A stretch of 64,000 bases of DNA from a virus (Duplodnaviria; Caudoviricetes): the IMG/VR virus record IMGVR_UViG_3300032295_000548, positions 32,001 through 96,000 of that record; one strand, written 5' to 3'. Position 1 is the stretch's first letter, and each line of letters begins with the position of its first letter. The position numbers and the translations under genes were made by a program. The notes under the pieces were generated by a model. That model was not told the DNA's origin. It saw nothing but the letters and a program-made list of their open reading frames with translations, and searched no databases. Below are positions 31,823 to 41,797 of the stretch, one piece after another.

Positions 31823-32698
31823 ATGAGTAAGAAAAAATATATTGTTGGGTTGGGTTGTAGTTGGACTCAAGGCGAAGGTGGATATCCAGAAGAAATATGG
31901 AATCAATACAACGGTAGAGTACAACTACGGGGAGTTCCTGACTTTCATTTACGTAAGTATGAGCATGAAAACAGTTGGGTAAACCAATTATGTGTCAATC
32001 ATTTCCCTGAATATACTCCCATGAATTTAGGTGTACGGGGCATAGGAAACACTGCTGCCGTTAATCAACTACACTTCTGCGATAGAATTGATTGGAACAA
32101 CAGCGAAGGATATATCATTCTAATGCTCAGTGGGTTTGAAAGATTCGACTTCTTTCAGCAACATCCTAAGCGTAGAGAGAATCAAGACGACGGTTACAGT
32201 CATGGAGAATACGCACACTATAAGTGGAGAACAGCATGGCCTATTGCAGGTGAAGGTGGCGCAGAAGAACCACTTTGGGCTACATATGGCAAAATGTTAT
32301 GGAGCGAACAGTTTGTAGCAAATACCGCATTAATGGCACTGTTAAATCTACAATCATTTGCTAAAGCCCACGGGTTTAAAGTCGTGGTAGCTAATGCTTT
32401 TAACCAATCGCCGGGCGGGTCCGTAACTAAGTACCTACTAGAAAACACCGGACGAATGTTTACTAAGTTTGATTGGACTACTTATTTGCATAATGACACT
32501 AAGTACGGTGCTATCGTACAGCGTTTTGTTGAACTAGACGGATTGATGAACCCTAAAGATTGGGGCGGCCACTATGAGTTTTACAGTAAGAGGGCATGGC
32601 CTGCTAAATACTTAACTAATTGTATCCATCCAACGGTGGAGGGGTATAAGTTCATAGCCAAAGAATTGGCCACGTTCATCAATAATAAATATGCCTAA
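31823..32698 (+). CDS. SGNH/GDSL-fold protein (acyl esterase/transferase-like)
   Basis: Block I GCSWTQG, block II NLGVRG.GN, block V IHPT.EGY..IA. Confidence 0.65.
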   Translation: MSKKKYIVGLGCSWTQGEGGYPEEIWNQYNGRVQLRGVPDFHLRKYEHENSWVNQLCVNHFPEYTPMNLGVRGIGNTAAVNQLHFCDRIDWNNSEGYIILMLSGFERFDFFQQHPKRRENQDDGYSHGEYAHYKWRTAWPIAGEGGAEEPLWATYGKMLWSEQFVANTALMALLNLQSFAKAHGFKVVVANAFNQSPGGSVTKYLLENTGRMFTKFDWTTYLHNDTKYGAIVQRFVELDGLMNPKDWGGHYEFYSKRAWPAKYLTNCIHPTVEGYKFIAKELATFINNKYA

Positions 32699-34622
32699 AA
32701 AAATAATAAGTTTCGTCAGTCCTAATTTTCAGCAAGGCCCTAAAGAATTAAACGCCTATTATTTACCTTATAGTCCGGGCATCCTTTGGAGCTATGTAAA
32801 CCAGTTCCCTGAAATTAATCAACACTATGAACTAGGGGAATTCATTTGGCGCCGGGAAGACATTGATGATGCAGTAGAGATATTAAAAGATAGTGATGTA
32901 ATTGGCTTTAGTACATATATCTGGAATCGTAGTTACACTAAAGAATTGGGGAAAGCACTTAAACTAGCTAACCCTAATCTATTCATTATTGGTGGCGGTC
33001 CTGAATTCCCTATTGAGAAAGAAGATATCTTTGAACAGTACCCCTTTCTAGACATTTGCGTAAAACTTGAGGGCGAGAAAACATTCCGTGCCGTACTTGA
33101 AGAACACTTAAAAGATACCCCTGACTATAAATCCATTAAAGGTATGTTAGTTAATGACAACGGTGTAGCATTTAGTACCGGTGACACTGTACGTATCGAT
33201 GACTTAGATACAATACCTAGCCCATATTTGACAGGTGTGTTTGACAAATTGATAGCTAAACATCCTGAGATACGTTGGAACGGAACCATCGAAACAAATC
33301 GTGGATGTCCCTATGCATGTACATTCTGTGACTGGGGAAGTTTAACGTACAATAAAGTTAAAGTATTTGAATTAGAGCGTGTGTTTGCTGAATTAGAATG
33401 GATGGGCAGAAATCAATTCGACTTTATTAGTTTTACTGACGCTAATTTCGGTATCTTTGCCGAACGTGATAGTTTAATTGCTGACAAATTAATTGCTGTA
33501 CAGAAAGAATACGGCATGCCACGTGCATATACAATTGCCTGGGCGAAGAATCAAAAGAAAGAAGTTGTTGATATCGTTAAGAAATTAATCTATGAAGGTG
33601 GCGCAAAGATTGGATTAAACTTATCTGTACAGACAATGGATGAGAACACATTAGAGATTATTAAACGTACCAACTTAGATACTAACAAGATTGAAGAAGT
33701 ATTTGAGATGTGCGAAGAAGCTAACATTCCATTGTATACTGAGTTAATCCTAGGCCTGCCGGGTGAAACACTTACAAGTTGGAAAGAAAACTTCTATAGA
33801 CTGTACAAAGCAGGTAACCATACAGGTATCACTATCTATCAAGCACAGTTACTAGAAAACGCTGAAATGAATTTAACTCAGCGTAAGATGTATAAACTCA
33901 AAGGACAAGTTGTATATGACTACTTAGTAGGATCAAACAACGAAAAGAATCTACGTGAGGGTGTTGAAATTGTAGTAAGCACCAGAGATTTAACCCCTGA
34001 GAAAATGCTTGACGCACAGTTACACAGTTGGTATCAAAACACATTTCACATTAATGGAATGACCAATTATATTAGCCGTGTGTTATACAAGTTAAAGGGC
34101 GTAGAATATAGAGATTTCTACGAGAAATTATACAAGTATATAGAAAAAGATCCATGGTTAAACAGTGAAATTCAACGTATTGGTAAACACTATGGATTAT
34201 GGGGTGAGAAGGGTATGATTGACCATCCATTACTTCAGGGTATGCAGATTCACGGGTGGAACTTAGTACACAGTACCATTATCATGTTACAAAGTGAGAA
34301 TAAGCATAAGCATGTTTTCGATCTTATTGAGCAGTTTATGTTGAATGAGTACCCATTGCCCAAAGATTTACATGATGAGTTAATGACAATTCAACGTAAC
34401 TACTTGATCGATTATACACAGTGCGGTACATATCCAAAAGTCATTGATTTCAAACATGATATATTTGGTTATCTACAGAATCAAAACGAATTAGAAGTTC
34501 CTGCACGTTATGAGTTTGATTTCCCTGAGGATAAAGACATGACACTAGAGAAATTCTGTGAGCAGATTTTCTTTGCAAGACGTAGAAACTTTGGAAAAGC
34601 CTGGGTTACAAGAGCAAAATGA
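32691..34622 (+). CDS. B12-binding radical SAM enzyme (class B methyltransferase-like)
   Basis: N-terminal cobalamin-binding Rossmann domain (GFSTYIWN, GGGP, EGE), ETNRGCPYACTFC, LGLPGET. Confidence 0.85.
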   Translation: MPKKIISFVSPNFQQGPKELNAYYLPYSPGILWSYVNQFPEINQHYELGEFIWRREDIDDAVEILKDSDVIGFSTYIWNRSYTKELGKALKLANPNLFIIGGGPEFPIEKEDIFEQYPFLDICVKLEGEKTFRAVLEEHLKDTPDYKSIKGMLVNDNGVAFSTGDTVRIDDLDTIPSPYLTGVFDKLIAKHPEIRWNGTIETNRGCPYACTFCDWGSLTYNKVKVFELERVFAELEWMGRNQFDFISFTDANFGIFAERDSLIADKLIAVQKEYGMPRAYTIAWAKNQKKEVVDIVKKLIYEGGAKIGLNLSVQTMDENTLEIIKRTNLDTNKIEEVFEMCEEANIPLYTELILGLPGETLTSWKENFYRLYKAGNHTGITIYQAQLLENAEMNLTQRKMYKLKGQVVYDYLVGSNNEKNLREGVEIVVSTRDLTPEKMLDAQLHSWYQNTFHINGMTNYISRVLYKLKGVEYRDFYEKLYKYIEKDPWLNSEIQRIGKHYGLWGEKGMIDHPLLQGMQIHGWNLVHSTIIMLQSENKHKHVFDLIEQFMLNEYPLPKDLHDELMTIQRNYLIDYTQCGTYPKVIDFKHDIFGYLQNQNELEVPARYEFDFPEDKDMTLEKFCEQIFFARRRNFGKAWVTRAK

Positions 34623-36658
34623 CAACATCATATATAAGTCAATTAGATGAGCCTACACTAGATGATTTTATTAAAGTAATAGAAAACGAAAGACCAAGCA
34701 CAATTGTATTATTGTGTGAGACTGAATGGCATGTTAGAGAACTAACACCTGAATTAGCCAATCTATTAAACAGTAATAATATCAAATTAATAGTTACTAT
34801 TGGTTCATACCCAAGTGATTATTATAAAGAACTAACCAGTCCATTTAATAACATTGAAATAGTTCACTGGCATACATATTGGATCAATTGGGCTATGATG
34901 TGCAGTAATCATTTAGACTTTGATAGAACATATTATGACTTCAAATATCCTTATATCTGCCTAAATAATAAAAATTGGACTCATCGCTGTATGCTAGTGG
35001 ATGAGTTAACTGGTCAGGGTATACTGGATAAGGGTATAGTAACTTGGAATAGATTCCCTGCAAGAAATCCTAGTCTATATAACTTCAAATATTATAACGA
35101 TGATATTAGGTTACTATCAGATGACTTTGAAACTATACTAGATTCATTCTTGATTGCCGAAGAATACCATGAGTCATTCTTGCATATTATAGGTGAAGCC
35201 ACAACTACTGTTACATTAATCAGTGAAAAAACCTGTTTACCTATACTGTTTAAGAAGCCATTTGTTGTTATGGCAGATCAATACTTTCATCAGAAGTTAG
35301 TTGATTTAGGCTTTGAATTGTATGACGAGATTATAGACTACAGTTTTGACAGTGAACCAGACATGTTAAAACGTGCTGAGGCTATCGCTAGAAACGTAAA
35401 GCAAATAACAGAACAAGATACAACAGTGTTGTATCACAAAATCAAAGCTAAGGCACAGCGTAATTACGACAATTATATACGTATACTAACCAGCCTGGAT
35501 CATATTCCTAAAGTTATTTTGGATCGCATACACATGTTGCGTAATGATTCAACTATAGTTAGAAATTCTACTGATGACCGTTATTTGACAATGTATCAGG
35601 ACATAACCACAGTTGATTTTAACATATGGGATAACCAAATACAAGAAAAGTTAGACAAATTGTATAGTAATCCTAAATCAGTAACCAGAGTCATATACAA
35701 TGGAGTGTTAGAATTTGATTCAGCAAGGATACTAGGGTCCAAAAAAAAGTTTGTTGAACTGATTGAATTCTGTAAAAAACACAATATTGAATTATTCTTA
35801 CTAACCGGCACCCATAATCACTATCAGATAGTTAATGATGATTATGTTAAAGTAAATTACTTTCCTACGTTTTGGTTAACATTAGCATTGAATAGATTAT
35901 TAGTCAGCCCTAACTATCAAATGAATAATGGTATATGTTTGGATGTGGAGAACATTCGTGTAGGTGAAAAGATCCCTATCAAGTATCCATATATCAGTAT
36001 GAATAAAGCACCGAAACAACATCGTGCTATAATGATGGATATGTTAGCTAAACATGATATTATTGACAAGGGTGTAGTTATATGGAGAGAGCGTAACGAA
36101 ACATATCCATTTGAATATTGGAATCAAAAGATAATGTTACGTGACCAAGTAGACGGGTTCAAACATCAAGAGATACTTCCAATGGAATATGCATTGTCTT
36201 TTATGCAAGTAGTACCTGAAACAGATGAAACCATATTTACATTGAGCGAAAAAGCGTCAATGCCTTTGCTATTCAATAAACCTTTCTTAGTAGCAGGATC
36301 GCCGCAGTATCATCAAAAGCTCAAAGACATGGGTTTTAAACTATATGATGAATTGTTTGACTATTCGTTTGATGATGAAGCCAACGATAAAAAACGTTAT
36401 GAAATGATTGCTGAAAACGTAAAAAGGTATACGGACAAAACACCAAGTGAATTGCAAGAAATATATAATAGTGTTTTTGAGAAATGTGTATATAATAAAC
36501 GAATGGCATTACATATAGCAACAAACTCTGAGGTAATACCTGGGTTGTGGCAGTTATTATTGAGACATCATTTGTACCACAATATATCAGATTACCCTGA
36601 GACTATAAACAACTTTATAAAAACAAATGCACAACAATATAGATTTAAAGAAGTATAA
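34619..36658 (+). CDS. Tandem two-domain GT10-like glycosyltransferase
   Basis: Two copies of KYPYI..N...HR...E..(I/L)SEK..P.LF.KPF...GF.LYDE..DYSFD. Confidence 0.55.
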   Translation: MTTSYISQLDEPTLDDFIKVIENERPSTIVLLCETEWHVRELTPELANLLNSNNIKLIVTIGSYPSDYYKELTSPFNNIEIVHWHTYWINWAMMCSNHLDFDRTYYDFKYPYICLNNKNWTHRCMLVDELTGQGILDKGIVTWNRFPARNPSLYNFKYYNDDIRLLSDDFETILDSFLIAEEYHESFLHIIGEATTTVTLISEKTCLPILFKKPFVVMADQYFHQKLVDLGFELYDEIIDYSFDSEPDMLKRAEAIARNVKQITEQDTTVLYHKIKAKAQRNYDNYIRILTSLDHIPKVILDRIHMLRNDSTIVRNSTDDRYLTMYQDITTVDFNIWDNQIQEKLDKLYSNPKSVTRVIYNGVLEFDSARILGSKKKFVELIEFCKKHNIELFLLTGTHNHYQIVNDDYVKVNYFPTFWLTLALNRLLVSPNYQMNNGICLDVENIRVGEKIPIKYPYISMNKAPKQHRAIMMDMLAKHDIIDKGVVIWRERNETYPFEYWNQKIMLRDQVDGFKHQEILPMEYALSFMQVVPETDETIFTLSEKASMPLLFNKPFLVAGSPQYHQKLKDMGFKLYDELFDYSFDDEANDKKRYEMIAENVKRYTDKTPSELQEIYNSVFEKCVYNKRMALHIATNSEVIPGLWQLLLRHHLYHNISDYPETINNFIKTNAQQYRFKEV

Positions 36659-37448
36659 ACGCATTTTTGCGTTTGGATGCAGTTTTACTGCATATGGCTG
36701 GCCTACATGGGCGGATATCATTGCAGTAGAAGCTAAAACAATTAGAACTGAACCTTACGGGTCTCAGTATTTTAACTATGGAGTATCAGGATTGGGTAAT
36801 CTAGGCATTATGGCTAGAATAGCAGAGGCAAATGCTAGATATAGATTCAATCAAGATGATTTAGTCATGGTCATGTGGTCTACATATAGTCGTGAAGATC
36901 GTTGGCTTAATGACGGATGGTATGCAATGGGTAATGTTTGGAATAGTCCATATCCTGATGAATGGGTTAAAGACTTTTGTGATCCAGTTGGACATATGAT
37001 TCGTGACCATGCTATTATTAATCATACTAACAAAATGTTAAAAGAATCTAAAGCTGATTCATTGATATTGCGTAGTGTACCCTTTAAACACAGCGATGCC
37101 ATTGAACTGGATGATCCAGAAAGAATTGAAACATTGTCTTTATTGTATCAACGTGAATATGATGATTTACCCATGTCTTTATATGATTTCTTAGGTCGTG
37201 ATTGGAGTAGAGATCCAGTTCCTTTTATAAATCACACTGGAAAATTACATAATGATTCGCACAGTAAACCAATAGTTTACTATGACTATTTGGAAGCATG
37301 TGGAATAGAACTTAGTAAATCTACATATGAATATGCTTTGGATAGCACTAATCTATTGGCTCGATGCAAAACACATCATGACATAAGAAATACTTTTGAA
37401 CTTCCGAATAGAAACTTATTAAGCAAAAACTTTCATCCATTGTTATGA
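36627..37448 (+). CDS. SGNH-fold protein
   Basis: AFGCSFT..GWPTW, NYGVSG.GN, late DSH. Confidence 0.6.
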   Translation: MHNNIDLKKYKRIFAFGCSFTAYGWPTWADIIAVEAKTIRTEPYGSQYFNYGVSGLGNLGIMARIAEANARYRFNQDDLVMVMWSTYSREDRWLNDGWYAMGNVWNSPYPDEWVKDFCDPVGHMIRDHAIINHTNKMLKESKADSLILRSVPFKHSDAIELDDPERIETLSLLYQREYDDLPMSLYDFLGRDWSRDPVPFINHTGKLHNDSHSKPIVYYDYLEACGIELSKSTYEYALDSTNLLARCKTHHDIRNTFELPNRNLLSKNFHPLL

Positions 37449-38542
37449 AATACATTTATATTCGAAGTGGTCAACTGTTAACAACTAATGACAATATTAG
37501 CCAGGACGCTATTGATAGTTCTAGGAATTACTTTAATGATGCACTATTGTCTCAAAATTTCGAAACCGGGGACACTATAATATTCACGTTAATAGTAGAA
37601 AAACTTAGCTCAATTTTCAAAGAAGTATTAGAGAACATGATTAATCTATGTGAAATGCATGCCAAATCAGTGAATGCACCTTGTCATTTTCTATTTCATG
37701 ATACAGCAAGAATGTTTAACATCAAAAAAGATAACTTACATTATATAGATACGTGGGCTTGGGTTACTTATAAACATAGTAAAAACGCACATAGAAAAAG
37801 ATGGTATCCAAATTCAGATAAAGCATTGTTCTTAGTAGGTAAGCCCCTAAGACTACATCGAATTGGTCTATTAGCTGAATTCAATAAACACAATATACTA
37901 GACTATTTGGACTTTACTTTTCATCTTCCACCCACTGTTGAAAATATAAATTCTATTAAGTTAATGGGCATTGCTGGATTAGATGATGACACCTATATAC
38001 ATAAACTGTTGGTTGACTTGCAAAGACCTAGTCTAGACCTTAACTTGGAGAAGCAAGCAATCCACACTGGGTTTGAATACACTGGCTTTCCTACTAACCT
38101 TAAATATTATAGAAATACTTGCATGAGCGTAGTAAGTGAGAATAGTTTTGAAATGCAACCCTATCACTTTACTGAAACGTATTCTACGCCCTATCTTACA
38201 GAAAAAATATTCCGTTCTATAATCAATCATCACCCGTTTATATTAATAGGTGATGTTGGTATCGATGAATATGTTGAGAGTTGTGGGTATAAAACATTCA
38301 ATAAGTTCTTTTTACCAATCACTGATTCATCTAGAAAACTTGCAGAAAACATTTTGACTTGGGCCGCAACGAGTGTAAAACACTTTATCGAACACAAACA
38401 TAAACATATAGATGAAATCAACGATATAGTAGAACATAATTATCAAGTGTTCATGTCTAAAGTACCAGCAGAAATTGATAATTTACAAACGAAGTTTCCC
38501 AAAATTGATTTAAATCACACTGAAATGTTTGGGCCACTATAA
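37445..38542 (+). CDS. GT10-like glycosyltransferase
   Basis: VVSENSF...YLTEKIFR...HPFI.IG; closest of the set to the GT10 ENS...YITEK motif. Confidence 0.55.
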   Translation: MKYIYIRSGQLLTTNDNISQDAIDSSRNYFNDALLSQNFETGDTIIFTLIVEKLSSIFKEVLENMINLCEMHAKSVNAPCHFLFHDTARMFNIKKDNLHYIDTWAWVTYKHSKNAHRKRWYPNSDKALFLVGKPLRLHRIGLLAEFNKHNILDYLDFTFHLPPTVENINSIKLMGIAGLDDDTYIHKLLVDLQRPSLDLNLEKQAIHTGFEYTGFPTNLKYYRNTCMSVVSENSFEMQPYHFTETYSTPYLTEKIFRSIINHHPFILIGDVGIDEYVESCGYKTFNKFFLPITDSSRKLAENILTWAATSVKHFIEHKHKHIDEINDIVEHNYQVFMSKVPAEIDNLQTKFPKIDLNHTEMFGPL

Positions 38543-38569
38543 AATCTTTTTAGGCATGATCCTATCAAA

Positions 38570-38575
38570 TAAATA
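38570..38575 (+). promoter_or_regulatory. Putative late promoter TAAATA
   Basis: In the 55-bp gap before the GAGG RBS of 38598. Confidence 0.4.
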
Positions 38576-38597
38576 TTAGGTATACATGAGGTATTAA

Positions 38598-41500
38598 ATG
38601 AAAAAAGTAGCAATGATTGGTGTAGGTAAATTGGGTCAAGATTGTGCAGAAGTTATGGCTGATGCAGGCTATGACGTTGTTGGTTATGACGTAGTGCCTA
38701 GGACACCAGCATTTCAAATGCGTAGTACAATAGCTGAAGCAGTTAGTGATAGAGATATCATTTTTATTGCCGCACCTACTCCGCATGATCCTATCTATGG
38801 TGGCGAAACCCCAACAAGCCATCTTCCAAACAAAGACTTTGACTATACGATAGTCACTGATATTTTAAAAGAGGTCAATAGACACGTTAATAGAAGTCAA
38901 TTAGTTGTCCTCATCAGTACAGTGCTACCCGGAACAGTTCGAAACATCCTAGAGCCTTGTATCACTAACGCAAGATTCATTTACAACCCTTACCTTATTG
39001 CTATGGGTACCGTAAAATGGGACATGATAAACCCAGAAATGGTAATTATCGGTACAGACGATGGTAGCCTTACAGGTGATGCTAGTGAATTAATTGACTT
39101 CTATAAAGTGTTTATGCAAAATGAACCACGTTATGAAGTTGGTACATGGGACGAAGCCGAGTCTATCAAAATCTTCTATAACACATTTATCAGTACTAAG
39201 CTTGCACTTGTCAACATGATCCAAGACGTTGCCGAAACTAACGGCAATATCAATGTTGACGTTGTATCTAATGCACTTGCAAAATCTACACATCGCATCA
39301 TGGGTCCTGCTTATATGAAAGCCGGGCTCGGGGATGCAGGAGCCTGTCACCCTAGAGACAATATTGCTCTGCGTTATCTAGCAGAACGTTTGGACTTGGG
39401 TTATGACTTGTTTGATTCAATCATGACCGCACGTGAAGTACAAGCTGAACGTATGGCATTGCGTTGCTTAAAGAATGGTCGTAACGTTACTATTATTGGT
39501 AAAGCGTACAAACCCGCAGTTCCTTATACAAATGGTTCTGCTAGTATGCTTATTGGCTACTACATTGAAAAGCATGGTGGCAACTTAAATTATTATGATC
39601 CTAATACGGATGACCACGATCTGCGTGAAGATTGGACTCATGTTTATCTAATTGGTTATTGGGAGAGTTGGGTCGAGAACATCAAATTTAAAGAGCCGGG
39701 GGTAGTAGTTATCGATCCATGGAGAAAGATAACTACTAACCAACATAGCGGTGAAATTATACATTATGGTGACACACGACTTAAACACAAGTACGAAGTC
39801 CCTGCAACTACTGTTGACACAATGATGCGTCAAGTGTTTGAAATGTTTCCGGACATTCGTCAGTATGAAAATAGTATTCACTTAATTGATGCTACAATCA
39901 ACTTTGAAACAATGTTTGTACGTAGACCAACTGAGGACATTGTTAAAGAAATGCGTGAAGCTAAAAAGAACGGCAAAAGCAAGTTTATATTCTTTGCGGC
40001 TACTGAAGCATTCATGACTCACGTACAAAGCAAGATTCAACGTATTGCTAATATTGTAGATGACATCATACCCGAAGAAGATATTATTGTAATTACCGGT
40101 GTTATAGACGCTGACCAAATATACAATAGATTAATAGATGAAAATGGTTGGAATAAACGTGTTACGTTAATGAATTGCCACTTCTTTAATTACATTACTA
40201 CAACATATGCTCAAGGATATGAGTACATAGGTGGTTATGATATACGTTTCCGTGGCAAAGTATTTACATGTTTCAATAAATTAAATCGTGAACACAGAAT
40301 GGTTCTTATGGAACGTATGTTGCGTGAGCATTTAGTTGACAAAGCTTGGTATAGTTTTGAGGGTGATTTCGACTTTGTAGAAAAGATACCTGGATTAAGT
40401 GATGTGCAATTTCCTTTCATTAAAATGAATGCAGGTCTTTTCCCTATGAGATTGAATATCACAAAAGATAGACATAATCCAGTGGACATACAACCTGATG
40501 ATTTGCAATATTATAAGGACAGTTATTTCAGTCTCATTACAGAGACATTATTCTATGACAAGGCTAAACCAAATCAACATCACAGACCTTTTGTCGAGGA
40601 TAGTTTATTCTTGACAGAAAAGACTTATCGTTGTTTTGCACTATTGCATCCATTTCTATTAATGGCTAGACCATATTGTTTGCGTGAATTACGTAGACAA
40701 GGTTATAAGACATTCAGTCCTTTCATTGATGAATCATATGATAATATAGAGAATGATGACTTGCGTTTTGAAGCTATTGTAAAAGAAACCAAACGTCTAT
40801 GTAACTTGACAGGTAATGATTGGGAAATATGGCAAACAGGAATTAAAGAAATTGTTGAATTCAATCAACAACATTTCCATAGTAATAAAGACTTTGCAAT
40901 AACCAAAGACTATCAATCGTTGTTTAGTAATGTAACAAGTACACCTGTTATTAACAAACCAATTGTTCAAGCACCAGTGGTGCAACCAATAGTTGTTCAG
41001 TCTAGTCCTATCGTAGAAGATTTACCTCCACCAAACTTAGATTTTAATACTGTTAAACCAGTAACTATTCTTGATGAATCTAGACAAGATCAGTTAGATT
41101 GGTCTAAGACAGAACACACATACGAGAACGGATTTGTATTACAATATCCTACACATATGGATGGCGGCGGATATGAGTTAAAAGATGAAATATTTTCATT
41201 GATTGATCGTACAGGTAAAGAACATTATGGTCGTGCATTAGAATGGTGTTCGGGTGTAGGTCCGCTTGGCTATGATTTATTGGATAGAAAGTATGTAGAC
41301 AGTGTTGCTTTTGTTGACTCTCACGGTCCTTCAATCAAAGCATGTCTAGCCAACGCAACATCTAATCGTATGTCAGACCGTGTTTCAGCATATGTATGTG
41401 ACAAGGTTATGCAAATACCGTCACAGGAAAGATTTGATATCGTTGTAGCAAATCCACCGCATAGTGGTGATAGACAAGCGTTTATTGATTCATTGGAACA

Positions 41501-41735
41501 TTTAAACTGTGTAGACAATACTTGCCGTTTAATAGTAGACGAAGGGTATGAAGCACTACAAGATTTCTATGCTAACATCAGAGATTATCTAAACCCCGGC
41601 GCTGATATATACATTACTACTGGTAGTAATCAAGAACATTATATTACATGGGCGGCAAAAGGTGGATTAAGATTTATGGGCTTTAGCCCCATGTCAAACA
41701 ACCCACATTGTGGCATCTATCATTTTAAGGTCTAA
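38598..41735 (+). CDS. Fusion: UDP-glucose/GDP-mannose dehydrogenase + GT10-like domain + class I SAM methyltransferase
   Basis: IGVGKLG, PTP, STVLPGT, KIFYNTF, GACHPRD; middle ITET...LTEK..HPF; P/V/Q linker; C-terminal EWCSGVG and ANPPH. Confidence 0.8.
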   Translation: MKKVAMIGVGKLGQDCAEVMADAGYDVVGYDVVPRTPAFQMRSTIAEAVSDRDIIFIAAPTPHDPIYGGETPTSHLPNKDFDYTIVTDILKEVNRHVNRSQLVVLISTVLPGTVRNILEPCITNARFIYNPYLIAMGTVKWDMINPEMVIIGTDDGSLTGDASELIDFYKVFMQNEPRYEVGTWDEAESIKIFYNTFISTKLALVNMIQDVAETNGNINVDVVSNALAKSTHRIMGPAYMKAGLGDAGACHPRDNIALRYLAERLDLGYDLFDSIMTAREVQAERMALRCLKNGRNVTIIGKAYKPAVPYTNGSASMLIGYYIEKHGGNLNYYDPNTDDHDLREDWTHVYLIGYWESWVENIKFKEPGVVVIDPWRKITTNQHSGEIIHYGDTRLKHKYEVPATTVDTMMRQVFEMFPDIRQYENSIHLIDATINFETMFVRRPTEDIVKEMREAKKNGKSKFIFFAATEAFMTHVQSKIQRIANIVDDIIPEEDIIVITGVIDADQIYNRLIDENGWNKRVTLMNCHFFNYITTTYAQGYEYIGGYDIRFRGKVFTCFNKLNREHRMVLMERMLREHLVDKAWYSFEGDFDFVEKIPGLSDVQFPFIKMNAGLFPMRLNITKDRHNPVDIQPDDLQYYKDSYFSLITETLFYDKAKPNQHHRPFVEDSLFLTEKTYRCFALLHPFLLMARPYCLRELRRQGYKTFSPFIDESYDNIENDDLRFEAIVKETKRLCNLTGNDWEIWQTGIKEIVEFNQQHFHSNKDFAITKDYQSLFSNVTSTPVINKPIVQAPVVQPIVVQSSPIVEDLPPPNLDFNTVKPVTILDESRQDQLDWSKTEHTYENGFVLQYPTHMDGGGYELKDEIFSLIDRTGKEHYGRALEWCSGVGPLGYDLLDRKYVDSVAFVDSHGPSIKACLANATSNRMSDRVSAYVCDKVMQIPSQERFDIVVANPPHSGDRQAFIDSLEHLNCVDNTCRLIVDEGYEALQDFYANIRDYLNPGADIYITTGSNQEHYITWAAKGGLRFMGFSPMSNNPHCGIYHFKV

Positions 41736-41746
41736 TGTCCAATTAC

Positions 41747-41776
41747 ATTGTACTACCTGTATAAGGGTAGTACAAT
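41747..41776. repeat. 11-bp perfect inverted repeat in the intergenic gap
   Basis: ATTGTACTACC-tgtataag-GGTAGTACAAT, with no U-tract. Confidence 0.7.
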
Positions 41777-41797
41777 AGTAGAAAATAGGAGTACATT

